DNA from: Cyanobacteria bacterium P01_D01_bin.156
Lineage (GTDB): Bacteria; Cyanobacteriota; Cyanobacteriia; Phormidesmidales; Phormidesmidaceae
Direction: 5' to 3'
Assembly: GCA_039024555.1 (NCBI GenBank)
Contig: JBCCQQ010000011.1
Coordinates: forward strand, 45,269 to 109,268
DNA length: 64,000 nucleotides
The position numbers were made by a program, and so were the translations under genes. The notes beneath the pieces were generated by a model that searched no databases, was not told where the DNA came from, and saw nothing but the letters and a program-made list of their open reading frames with translations. Positions within the stretch are counted from its first letter, which is position 1. Each line of letters begins with the position of its first letter. Below are positions 38,582-47,900 of this stretch, one piece after another.

Positions 38582-39553
38582 ATGAGCGAAAGCCTTTCTG
38601 AGCTAGTTTCTTCTCTCCAAGAATCTGTCAGCATCCTTAACAAAAAAGATATCCAAACTGCAGCCAATACCATTGGCCAATATGTCCCCTCTGCCAACGG
38701 ACAACCTATCCACCTTGGCGATGACTGCGCCGCTATTCCCGACAATGACAGCTATCTCCTCCTCGCTGCCGAAGGCATCTGGCCCCAGCTTGTTACCCAA
38801 GAGCCTTGGTTTGCCGGATGGTGCGCCATTATGGTCAACATTTCCGATATTGCTGCCATGGGGGGCACTCCCATCGCCGTCGTTGATGCTCTGTGGAGTC
38901 AGTCGGTTAAGGCTAGCACGCCCCTATGGCAAGGTATGCAAGCAGCTGCAAAGGCTTACAATGTGCCGATTGTGGGCGGCCATACTAATTGCCATAGTCC
39001 CTACGATGGTCTTGCCGTTGCCATTCTCGGTCGGGCGCAGAGACTTATTACCAGCTTTGATGCCCAGCCTGGGGATGATTTGGTCATGGTGGTCAATATG
39101 GCAGGTAGTTACTACGGCGACTATCCATTTTGGAATGCAGCGACAACAGCAGAGCCGGAGTTGTTGCAACAGCACATTGCGCTACTGCCTAAACTGGCAG
39201 CAAGTGGCCTATGCAAGGCGGGTAAAGACATTAGCATGGGTGGGCTGGCAGGTACGTTGCTGATGCTGACCGAAGCATCAGGTGTAGGCGCAGTGTTAGA
39301 TCTGGATTTAGTACCTCCTCCATCGGGTGTGCCGTGGCGGAAGTGGTTGACTAGCTTTCCTAGTTTTGGTTTTTTGTTCAGTGTATCGCCAGAGAATTTG
39401 GGGCAGGTACAGGCGTTATTTCAGCCCCATGGGTTGATGTGTAAGGCGATTGGTAAAGTGACAGCCGGGTCTCAGGTGATTTTTCAGCAGACCGGAGCAC
39501 AAGAAGTATTCTGGGATTCCAGTTATCCATTAACAGGGTTCGGAAAAAGATAA
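38582..39553 (+). CDS. nitF: Sll0787-family AIR-synthase-like protein
   Basis: LGDDCAAIPD, EPWFAGWC..MVNISDIAAMGG, VGGHTN, KDISMGG, W..SFPSFGF. Confidence 0.92.
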   Translation: MSESLSELVSSLQESVSILNKKDIQTAANTIGQYVPSANGQPIHLGDDCAAIPDNDSYLLLAAEGIWPQLVTQEPWFAGWCAIMVNISDIAAMGGTPIAVVDALWSQSVKASTPLWQGMQAAAKAYNVPIVGGHTNCHSPYDGLAVAILGRAQRLITSFDAQPGDDLVMVVNMAGSYYGDYPFWNAATTAEPELLQQHIALLPKLAASGLCKAGKDISMGGLAGTLLMLTEASGVGAVLDLDLVPPPSGVPWRKWLTSFPSFGFLFSVSPENLGQVQALFQPHGLMCKAIGKVTAGSQVIFQQTGAQEVFWDSSYPLTGFGKR

Positions 39554-39557
39554 TCTT

Positions 39558-39681
39558 GTAGGGGTGGTGCCTCGTGCCCACCCTGCGACATTGGGCGGTA
39601 CCAACCGAGATTTGATTTATACGCGGTTAGCAAAATGATCATCTGTAGGTATTGAGGGCACCCACGAGGGGATGCCCCTAC
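39558..39681. repeat. REP/REPIN-like element (two inverted GTAG-hairpin units)
   Basis: GTAGGGGTGGTGCCTCGTGCCCACCC at the left and, on the minus strand, GTAGGGGCATCCCCTCGTGGGTGCCC at the right. Confidence 0.75.
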
Positions 39682-40271
39682 GGGTTTTCTCTAAATGCCC
39701 TAAACGCAACAGCAATTCGTCTACCCTGCAATTTCGCAGATTTCGGTACCTCATGGGTCCATGCCAAATTTGTCCCATAGGGCATTACAAAAACAGTGCC
39801 ATGGTCTGCCGGAAAATCTTGATATCCCTTTCTTTGCCAGGGACGCAACCGAAACACCCTAGACTGCCCCAACGACAAAGTAACAATGGGTGCGCCGTCG
39901 AGCATATTCTGGGTACTGTCGCGGTGTTTGCCGATGTAGTGGCCCAGTTTGCCGTCGTACCAGGTTAGTAAGATGCCATTAAGGCGGGCATCGATGGTGG
40001 TTTTGGCCCAGTGCCAGATGGGGTGAATCTGGTCGGGAACGGGCAAGGCGGAGTTGGTGGCACCGGAGTAGCTATAGGCTTTATTGTAGGCTTGTTCCCA
40101 GCGTGGGGTGGCGACGGTGCGACCGTGGATTTTGATGGTGTTGTAGTTTGGTGGATGGAGTGCCCAGAGGGTTTCGAACTGTTGGATAGTGGGTAAAAGG
40201 GCATCTGGCAGGCTGCCCTGCCAGAGATGGTGGTGAGGATCTAAAGAATGGCGTTGAAATTCGGGATACAT
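39678..40271 (-). CDS. AlkB-like 2OG-Fe(II) dioxygenase
   Basis: TPRWEQAY..Y.YSG, H-x-D (KHRD), LSLG..R.F, distal His (THEVP) and R-x5-R (RRIAVAFR). Confidence 0.88.
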   Translation of the reverse strand: MYPEFQRHSLDPHHHLWQGSLPDALLPTIQQFETLWALHPPNYNTIKIHGRTVATPRWEQAYNKAYSYSGATNSALPVPDQIHPIWHWAKTTIDARLNGILLTWYDGKLGHYIGKHRDSTQNMLDGAPIVTLSLGQSRVFRLRPWQRKGYQDFPADHGTVFVMPYGTNLAWTHEVPKSAKLQGRRIAVAFRAFRENP

Positions 40272-40304
40272 GAGTGATTATCCACATTATGCATAGATCC
40301 CGAA

Positions 40305-40395
40305 GGCCCCCTTTTCCCAATCCTGGGGGAGACTAGACTCAAAGCCCCCAGAATATAGCCCAAGGGGCATTCAAGAAAGGGGGGTTGGGGGCAAA
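40305..40395. repeat. C/G-tract palindromic short dispersed repeat remnant
   Basis: CCCCC...GGGGGA and CCCCCAGAAT...GGGGGTTGGGGG tracts, as seen in cyanobacterial intergenic repeats. Confidence 0.5.
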
Positions 40396-40438
40396 TTCGA
40401 AGAAGTCAAACAGCGCAATATTCAAAGACTCCCACACC

Positions 40439-43120
40439 TCAGCCAATCTGTTCTTCTAACTCCGCAATCTCTCCATTTCGCCGATGATATCCAACAATCT
40501 CCCCTTCCTTAAACAAGCCAATGTACTCCGGGGGCTCCCATTCATCCCTTGTAGACACATAGGGTATATAAGGCTGCTCTGTTTTTTTAACCAAAGCTTT
40601 TGCCTCGTCAAGTTTAATGCGAGCTTGGGCCTTATCGTCCAGAATCAGCGCTAAGCGACAGCGCTCAAGAGCCGCTTCGATTTGAAAGATAACCATATTG
40701 CTGCGACCTGAAATTTGTTCAATTTCAGTAAGATCGCGTTCGGCTTGTTCCAAATAATCTTTTTTTCCTAATTGTGCGCTTACTCTCCATAATACTGAGC
40801 GCGACAATAAACTTATAGAAGTGTACTGTTGAGTCCCTGATTGACGAAGTAAGATAACACTTTTATCAAGATATTCTGTGGCTTTTTTAAGGGTATCTGT
40901 ATGAATTGATTTGCTGTCACTAAATCCAAATGTCTTTCGCATTTTAATTATTACTTCCAACAACCAATTATTGCCTAGTGTTAAATTGCTGAGTCCCATA
41001 TGGTATATGGATTTCTTTTGGTCAGAAATTTCAAATGAAAGTTTTGCTAATTTACGAACTTTCTGGCAACGAGACAAAGCTATATTAATTCTATTATGCT
41101 TTGATTTCGTTTTATTTTTAAGAATAGCTCTTGAAATTTTTTCCATTAAAAAATCATAGTAATAGAACCCCTGTAATGAATAGAGAAATGGGGTTTTTGG
41201 TTGATATTTAATTTGTCTTTTTTCTGCATCCTTAAAGACTTCCAAAGCCTCATCATATCGAGCAGCCTGATGAAGAGTCTGAGCAAACCTAACTCTTCCA
41301 AATATTTGTTTAGCTGAATTATGACTACAATCAGCTAGTTCCATACATTGTTCAGCCACTTGCACAGCACTGGCTATATTTCCTTGCGACCAGTACAATC
41401 CACTAAGGTTGTTCGAACCTTGAGCTGCATTTCTAATATCCCCTAACAATATTCTGGCTTCTATACCACGCTGTATTGGTTCTGTTGCTTCTGCCAAATG
41501 GCCTAAAGTTTGCAAGCAAAAACCAGCTTCATCAAGAAGCCAAGCATGATCTTCGGCAGTCAATCCAGGCACGGTTGAGTGCCAAGATTTCTCAAAAAAC
41601 ATATTGACTAGAACTAACTGATTACTAACTGCTCCAAGAGTAAAAATAGAGAAGTGCAAGTTATCGCGCCGAATACGTTTTCTGAATATATGATCGTAAG
41701 CTTGTTTGTGTAAGTTAGCTTTGCAGCCATGGACTACAGCATGATACAGCGGCATCATTTCTTTTAGCGTATCTGGTAGTTCTGGAGTTGCTTTTTTTAG
41801 ATGTTCATAAATACGAGAATGTGCTTTTTGAGTTTCACTTTTGTAATGAGTAGAAAGTTGGGTAGAAAAGTACTCACGAATAAGTGGATGAGCATCCAAA
41901 AAAAGTGGAATTTCAGCTTGTTTATTTATTCTACTAGAGTAGCTATCTGTACTCAATAAACCATACTCTATTAGGTTGGAGATAGCCCAATTCCATTCCT
42001 CAGACTTGAGCCCTACTAGAATGTCAGTAAGCCCGGAAATAGCTGGAGCTACGCATACTGCTTCCAGACAATCTACTTCGGCAGGACGATCAAAAAGGCC
42101 CAATAATCTTAAAATTGATAGCTCTGGGCCTTCGCCTAACCATATCTCGTATTTTTCCACTAATTTACGAGCATGACCACCTTGTAACTGATCTACCTGT
42201 GTCAAATCCAATTCTCTGATGCGACGAACATCACCATAACAAGCTTTTCGTAAATAATTGCCTAGTAGCCTTAGCGCTAGTCCATGCCCATGTACCTGTT
42301 TTGAAGCCTCTTCTAATTCCTGTGGGAGTCCTTTGACTCCTAATGCCTTTAACAATACAGCTCCTGTTTTCTCTGATAATGTCTCTAACTCAATCTCTTG
42401 AGCTGTAGGAATATCAGGGACAGAATATCGAGTTGTAATGATACATAGTCCTGAGTTGTCTGCTGCTAATTCTCGTACCAGAGCCTTTAGACCTTGATCC
42501 TTAATTCGGCCTGTTTCAGCTACCGCTGTTGCCCCCCATTGCAATGGTTCCATTCCGTCTAGAATCAATAAAGTCTTATGATGCCGTACTAACCTTGCCA
42601 AGCGTTCGCCTTTATCCCAGGTAGAACCCATTTCTGGACTGAGATCACCAAAAAATTGCAAAGCTCTATCAATAAACACATCTGCTGATGAGTGAGTATC
42701 ATCTTGCGAACCTTGGCTGTAAAACGAATGACCTAAGACGTACTGAGCACCACGCCAATCATCACGCTGAAGACTTTCAAGCCATGCAGCTACCAATGAG
42801 CTTTTGCCAACACCTCCAAAGGCCACAAGGCTTATCAACGTAGTATTTGGATCATCCCAAGCTCTATCAAGTTGTTCTAGTTCCTTTTCTCGACCAACAA
42901 AATGTGAAACAGCAGGCGGTAAATGGGCAATAGAAATAACAGGAGCATTTTTATTGAGATTTGATTGCAATGGCTTTGACAGCTCAGCGATTTTGGTATG
43001 ACATTCAGTAATTTTCTGATGCAGTTCGAACTTTTGAGCCGCATCAGCTGCAATAGCTTCCTGAGCTTGCAAATACTCAAGCTTCTTTTGCCAGACCTCA
43101 AGAGCTTGTTGACTTGCCAT
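40439..43120 (-). CDS. STAND-class NTPase with N-terminal ~45-aa helical adaptor domain and C-terminal TPR-like repeats
   Basis: FVGREKEL, Walker A GGVGKS, Walker B LLILDGME, sensor ITTR, GHGLAL, HPLIREY, followed by helical repeats; visibly AT-richer than the flanking genes. Confidence 0.85.
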   Translation of the reverse strand: MASQQALEVWQKKLEYLQAQEAIAADAAQKFELHQKITECHTKIAELSKPLQSNLNKNAPVISIAHLPPAVSHFVGREKELEQLDRAWDDPNTTLISLVAFGGVGKSSLVAAWLESLQRDDWRGAQYVLGHSFYSQGSQDDTHSSADVFIDRALQFFGDLSPEMGSTWDKGERLARLVRHHKTLLILDGMEPLQWGATAVAETGRIKDQGLKALVRELAADNSGLCIITTRYSVPDIPTAQEIELETLSEKTGAVLLKALGVKGLPQELEEASKQVHGHGLALRLLGNYLRKACYGDVRRIRELDLTQVDQLQGGHARKLVEKYEIWLGEGPELSILRLLGLFDRPAEVDCLEAVCVAPAISGLTDILVGLKSEEWNWAISNLIEYGLLSTDSYSSRINKQAEIPLFLDAHPLIREYFSTQLSTHYKSETQKAHSRIYEHLKKATPELPDTLKEMMPLYHAVVHGCKANLHKQAYDHIFRKRIRRDNLHFSIFTLGAVSNQLVLVNMFFEKSWHSTVPGLTAEDHAWLLDEAGFCLQTLGHLAEATEPIQRGIEARILLGDIRNAAQGSNNLSGLYWSQGNIASAVQVAEQCMELADCSHNSAKQIFGRVRFAQTLHQAARYDEALEVFKDAEKRQIKYQPKTPFLYSLQGFYYYDFLMEKISRAILKNKTKSKHNRINIALSRCQKVRKLAKLSFEISDQKKSIYHMGLSNLTLGNNWLLEVIIKMRKTFGFSDSKSIHTDTLKKATEYLDKSVILLRQSGTQQYTSISLLSRSVLWRVSAQLGKKDYLEQAERDLTEIEQISGRSNMVIFQIEAALERCRLALILDDKAQARIKLDEAKALVKKTEQPYIPYVSTRDEWEPPEYIGLFKEGEIVGYHRRNGEIAELEEQIG

Positions 43121-43192
43121 ACTTCTTCTTCATCCCATTACCTGCAAGCACCATATACCTATCTATTTGATTAACCTCCATCCTGACTCGAT

Positions 43193-43849
43193 TCATTCAC
43201 TCAGTTCACGATTTTTTTGCTGAGCCTCTTCAATCTGTTTTTTCAGTGCAAACTTCTGACTAGGATCAACTGTAATCGCTTCCTGCTCTTGCAAAAACGC
43301 TAGCTTCTCTTGCCAAATAGCCACCGCGTCACTGCAGGCCAGTGACGCGGTGGCTGATTGTGGGGCAACCGCTGCCGACTGAGAAGCTATAGCTTTCGAC
43401 AAGGGTGGATGATGGGAAGCCACCCGAAGCGCTCGAATCAGTTTTTGAAAAACGACGTCTCGCCGGTCATCTGGAAATAGATCTACAAATTGAAGCCGAT
43501 CCAACGTACGAATACCATCGATCTCGATCATCGGAATCTCACACTCCGATAACCGCACCGGAATCAAAAAAATATCACCAGGCGGATAATCCCGTAGCAT
43601 ATTGATCGCATCCAACGCCTCTGGATAAATCCCAGATGTAGTCCGGGCTGACGTTTCTTTTGATAAACAGAGTAAGACCGCATAGGCATCCCGCATCGCC
43701 TTACGAATTTCTAGCTTCCAATCCTGCCCCGGCAGAATATCTTGATCCCACCAGACTGATTCGCCTGCAGCGGTCAGCTCACCATGGAGACGGCCTACCT
43801 CATCAGCATTGTCTCGACAGTAGGAGAGAAAAACATGCTTCTTAGCCAT
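43193..43849 (-). CDS. TIR-domain protein with C-terminal ~45-aa helical adaptor domain
   Basis: HVFLSY, VWWDQDILPGQDW..EI..A, LLCLS, IYPE, IPVRL..C.IP, Ala/Ser linker, then the domain shared with the next gene. Confidence 0.88.
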   Translation of the reverse strand: MAKKHVFLSYCRDNADEVGRLHGELTAAGESVWWDQDILPGQDWKLEIRKAMRDAYAVLLCLSKETSARTTSGIYPEALDAINMLRDYPPGDIFLIPVRLSECEIPMIEIDGIRTLDRLQFVDLFPDDRRDVVFQKLIRALRVASHHPPLSKAIASQSAAVAPQSATASLACSDAVAIWQEKLAFLQEQEAITVDPSQKFALKKQIEEAQQKNRELSE

Positions 43850-43983
43850 CAACTTTCAGGGGGCACAATTTACCAGCTACTCCCAGTTTGCGCGGGGATT
43901 CTTGGAGTGTCAAGGTATGTAGTTACATTGATATTTAAGTTTTGTAGCCATTCGAATTTAGGCCGCTGCATCGCTCTTTTTTG

Positions 43984-44121
43984 CGACGGTTCCCCTAAAG
44001 CCCTGCGGGCATGGGCTAAAGCCTAAGGCAAGGGAAACCAACGGAGGGGTCTCCTCAATCGCTAGCGCCAAATACCGAAGACCCCTCCGCCTACGGCACC
44101 TCCCCTTGGTAAGGGGAGGAA
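43984..44121. repeat. Palindromic dispersed repeat / MITE-like element, copy C
   Basis: Shares ACCAACGGAGGGGT and GACGGTTCCCCT with copy A and a 30-bp identity with copy B. Confidence 0.75.
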
Positions 44122-44215
44122 GTTCTACAACATTTCTTTCGCAGGAAAACTAACCTTTCTCAGGAACTCTGCAAGTACTCACCAACCCCTGATAGCATCA
44201 GAAAAAACCTTCCCC

Positions 44216-45349
44216 ATGCCCCTCCGCATCGCCCTCCTCACCTACTCCACCAAACCCCGTGGCAGCGTCATCCACACCCTAGAACTCGCCCAGGCCCTCG
44301 CCGAACTCGGCCACCACCCCTGCGTTTTCGCCCTCGATAAAGACAACCAAGGCTTTCACCGCCCCACCCCGTTCAACACCTACCCAGTCCCCGCCGCCAC
44401 CTGCAACAAAAGCATCGACCAGCTCATCCAACAACGCATCCAAGAATTTGTCGCCTTTTTCCAAAACCACCCACAACAGTACGACATCTACCACGCCCAG
44501 GACTGCCTCAGCGCCAATGCCCTAGCCATCCTCAAAGCCCAAGGCCGCATTCCCCACTTTGTACGTACCGTTCACCACATCGAAGACTTTCAAAGCCCCT
44601 ATCTACAAGACTGCCAAGAGAAATCTATCTACCAGCCAGACCGCTGCCTATGCGTCAGCCATATCTGGCAACAGGCACTGGCAAAAGACTATGGCATCCA
44701 CGCCCATCGAGTAATCAACGGCGTTAGCAGTCGGTTTTCTGCCCAACTCGATGGTTCAGAAACCCAGTTAGCACAAGCCTACGGCATTCACGATGGCCCT
44801 ATTTATCTCACCGTGGGCGGCATCGAACCCCGCAAGAATTCGATTAATTTACTCAAGGCATTTCACCAGGTCAAACAGCAACAGCCCCAGGCTCAGCTAG
44901 TCATTGCCGGTGGGGCCACCCTGTTTGACTATCAACCCTACCGAGACAAGTTTATGGGGTTGTTAGAATCTTACGATTTAACCGATAGTCTGGTGCTGCC
45001 CGGTGTGGTTCCCGACAAGGATTTGCCCACACTCTACCGGCTGGCCGATGTGTTTGTGTTTCCCTCAGTGCAGGAAGGCTGGGGTCTGGTGGTACTAGAA
45101 GCGATCGCATCTAATCTCCCCGTCCTCACCTCAAATCAGCCACCGTTTACTGAGTTTTTGTCACCTGACTCAGCCATGCTGGTCAATCCTGAAAATGTGG
45201 ATGCGATCGCATCCGCCATGGTCACACTTCTCAATCCTGATATTGCCCAGCCGCTAGTTCACAACAGCCGCTCTATTGTCGAGACTTACAGCTGGAAACG
45301 ATCCGCCCAAATGCACCTGGACCTCTATACTGAACTGGTTTCTAGCTAA
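44216..45349 (+). CDS. MSMEG_0565-family glycosyltransferase (GT4)
   Basis: IALLTYSTKPRGSVIHTLELA, HAQDCLSANAL, GGIEPRKN, FPS..EGWGLV.LEA. Confidence 0.9.
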   Translation: MPLRIALLTYSTKPRGSVIHTLELAQALAELGHHPCVFALDKDNQGFHRPTPFNTYPVPAATCNKSIDQLIQQRIQEFVAFFQNHPQQYDIYHAQDCLSANALAILKAQGRIPHFVRTVHHIEDFQSPYLQDCQEKSIYQPDRCLCVSHIWQQALAKDYGIHAHRVINGVSSRFSAQLDGSETQLAQAYGIHDGPIYLTVGGIEPRKNSINLLKAFHQVKQQQPQAQLVIAGGATLFDYQPYRDKFMGLLESYDLTDSLVLPGVVPDKDLPTLYRLADVFVFPSVQEGWGLVVLEAIASNLPVLTSNQPPFTEFLSPDSAMLVNPENVDAIASAMVTLLNPDIAQPLVHNSRSIVETYSWKRSAQMHLDLYTELVSS

Positions 45350-45354
45350 TGCAT

Positions 45355-46587
45355 TTAGTCTCTTAGAAACGTACGCTGTACTTGGGTGGTGGAAACAACC
45401 TGGCCGTTTTTGATGGTGGTGCGACTTGGGGGCGCGGTTGCGATCGCTGCCGAAACAGATGGGGCATCCAGAATCACGAGATCTGCCACATTACCTGGTG
45501 CAATTTTGTGATTACTCACACCAATGGCGCGGGCAGCCTGGGTTGTGACCATCTCTAAACACCGCTGATGGCTTTGGGCTGTTCCCATCTGTAGCGTTTG
45601 CCCAAGCAAGTTGCACATCTTTAGTACATCCCCATCTCCAAACGGGGTAAACAGATTTTGCACATTGTTGGTGGCAATGCCCACCGTCACCCCCCTATCC
45701 ATTAGCTGATGAATGGGGGCAACGCCACGACGCATATTGTGGGTATCCCTGCGGGCCATCATATAGAGATCCGTAGCTGGCAATGCCAAAACAGAAATAC
45801 CCGCTTCCTGCAGCATCGTCGATGATTCCTGAAGCTCTTGGGGAGTAAGACCTGCCAATTTTGTCATATGCCCTAAACACACTCGCCCCTGCCAGCCCCG
45901 CTTCAATGTCTCCTCAACTACCAGCGGCAACAGCAGTGGAGCATCATCATCTAGAAAATCCAGGTGAAAGTCAACATTGCAGTCAAACTCCTGGGCAAGG
46001 TCTAACACAATGCGAATGTTCTCATCCGGGGCCGGATCAACATAGGGGGCAGAGCCAATCACATCGCCACCCATTAACATCGCCTGTCGTAATAGATTTG
46101 TCGTATTTGGCTGGTTAGTAATGCCCTCCTGGGCAAAGATGGCCAACTGCAGCGTAAGTCCCCAGGCATAGTCTTGCTTTAGCGGCAGCAGGGCTTCTAG
46201 CGCTGTTAGTTGAATGATTGGATCTACTTCCACATGGGTACGCATCAACGTTGTACCAAAGGCAATCTCATTTTCAATCACCCGTTGCGCCCGGGTTTGA
46301 ATATCTTCAATGGTAAATTCTCGCTTCAGTTTGCCAGTTTCAGCTAAGGCTTCTTGAAACGTGCCAGTCTCAGCAGGGCGCTGGGCAAGTAATAGGGCTT
46401 TATCCAGATGCAGGTGGCCATCTACTAAACCAGAGATAACCAGTTTTCCCTCAACGTTTATGGTGTTTTGGGCAGCTAGTTCCATATTCGGCGCAACCTG
46501 TTTGATTACCCCTCCTTCTATAAAAAGAGACCAGAGGCCGCTGCGGTCAGCTAAGGTGGCGTTATCAATTTTAAGCGTTGCTGACAT
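45355..46587 (-). CDS. Amidohydrolase, cytosine-deaminase-like
   Basis: HLHLDKA metal motif, RTHVEVD, FAQEG, DFHLD, LGHMT, LPATDLY, FTPFG, GNVADLV. Confidence 0.85.
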   Translation of the reverse strand: MSATLKIDNATLADRSGLWSLFIEGGVIKQVAPNMELAAQNTINVEGKLVISGLVDGHLHLDKALLLAQRPAETGTFQEALAETGKLKREFTIEDIQTRAQRVIENEIAFGTTLMRTHVEVDPIIQLTALEALLPLKQDYAWGLTLQLAIFAQEGITNQPNTTNLLRQAMLMGGDVIGSAPYVDPAPDENIRIVLDLAQEFDCNVDFHLDFLDDDAPLLLPLVVEETLKRGWQGRVCLGHMTKLAGLTPQELQESSTMLQEAGISVLALPATDLYMMARRDTHNMRRGVAPIHQLMDRGVTVGIATNNVQNLFTPFGDGDVLKMCNLLGQTLQMGTAQSHQRCLEMVTTQAARAIGVSNHKIAPGNVADLVILDAPSVSAAIATAPPSRTTIKNGQVVSTTQVQRTFLRD

Positions 46588-46699
46588 GGCTGTTCCTGTG
46601 AGTGATTTTGTCTCTGTGGCATCAGTTATAGGGCCACTGTTTCCGTTATAGTGAAATATGCCGCATTGAATATTCGCTCTTTATTTTTTCCCTATTACC

Positions 46700-46984
46700 A
46701 TGCCCGAAATTCGGTTTCATATCCAATGGCCCGATGGACAACAGGAAAGTTGTTATTCTCCATCCCTAGTTGTGAAAGATTATTTTCAGGTGGGAGAATC
46801 CTATACAATTACTGATTTTTTGCAGCGCTCTAGAGAATCTCTTCAAATTGCCAGCGAGCGAGTTAAAGCTAAGTATGGCTTTCCCTGCGGTTTAGCCATG
46901 GGGCAATTGCAAAAAATTGAAGATACGGCTCAGCAATATTTAGAACAACCCGATAGCAAGGTAACCGTTCTACAGTTTCAATAG
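46700..46984 (+). CDS. nitG: MSMEG_0570-family nitrogen-starvation protein
   Basis: MPEIRF.I.WPDG....CYSPSLVV, ASERVKAKYGFPC. Confidence 0.9.
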   Translation: MPEIRFHIQWPDGQQESCYSPSLVVKDYFQVGESYTITDFLQRSRESLQIASERVKAKYGFPCGLAMGQLQKIEDTAQQYLEQPDSKVTVLQFQ

Positions 46985-47060
46985 CACATTTACCTGAGCT
47001 GTAATTTGAACGGTTTCATGAACAATTGCTCTGCTAAACTCTAACTTTTTATGGCGTGGC

Positions 47061-47900
47061 TTATTGCTCCACGCGTTCAAACATCTGCTCTTTTTCCCTA
47101 AGCCTGTCAAGTTCAAACAACCAAACATCTAACAATGAAATGTCTAAATTGTTAGCCCCTTTTTTAGCCCCTTGCTCCAGGTATTCCATAATCTGCTGAA
47201 GATCATGCTCTAACCTTATTTCGGTCCGACAGAGACTGTCATTTAAGGTGGCTACATTTTTTTGTAGCGTTGATGATTCATAGTGGACTATTGACTGCAA
47301 TGACCGTTTTTCAAACGGCTTTATCTGTTCTAAATTTCTAATACCAGAAAAATCAACCGCCATCAATTTCGACAAGACTTTCTGTTCAGTTGATGTCTGA
47401 GCACATTTAGCAGCAGCGATAACCTCACCAATAAGCATTTTGATATCGTGTTCATAGCGCTTTACTGCGTCATGCTTAAGTTTATTATTTCTAGCAACTA
47501 GTCTTTCTAATTTATCTGCCTGAATTGCTTCATACTTAGTCGATAGAAAAATAGGGTCTAAGGTTAATCCGTCGACAGCACATTCTGTTTTAGAGTTGGA
47601 TACATCTCGTTTTCTTTTACGATGCAATCCTCCCAGAGTATAGGCAGCAAGACCAACTGAAGAAATAGCTACCAGGGCAGTAACTGGATTCAGATGCCAA
47701 TGACTTGATAATCTGCTTAGATTGCTTGCAAAGCTTGCTTGCTTGCTATTCGTGAGATACCACTTGTCGTTACTAATAACGCTGTCATTCCAGTTTTTGT
47801 AGCTAGAAAAATTAGATCCTGCTCTGACCTCTGATGGTAAGCAAGCAGAATTAAACATTACAGCTAATGCAAACGCGTGAGCTAAGAAATGTTTTTTCAT
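47061..47900 (-). CDS. Hypothetical membrane protein
   Basis: Long ORF; likely start MKKHFLAH at 47900 with a signal-like N-terminus, an internal TM helix followed by RKRKR, and a helical C-terminal region. Confidence 0.6.
   Translation of the reverse strand: MKKHFLAHAFALAVMFNSACLPSEVRAGSNFSSYKNWNDSVISNDKWYLTNSKQASFASNLSRLSSHWHLNPVTALVAISSVGLAAYTLGGLHRKRKRDVSNSKTECAVDGLTLDPIFLSTKYEAIQADKLERLVARNNKLKHDAVKRYEHDIKMLIGEVIAAAKCAQTSTEQKVLSKLMAVDFSGIRNLEQIKPFEKRSLQSIVHYESSTLQKNVATLNDSLCRTEIRLEHDLQQIMEYLEQGAKKGANNLDISLLDVWLFELDRLREKEQMFERVEQ

Noticed and set aside
38673..39263. 196-aa alternative-frame ORF
   Set aside because: Lies wholly inside the nitF gene in another frame and has no protein-like motifs.
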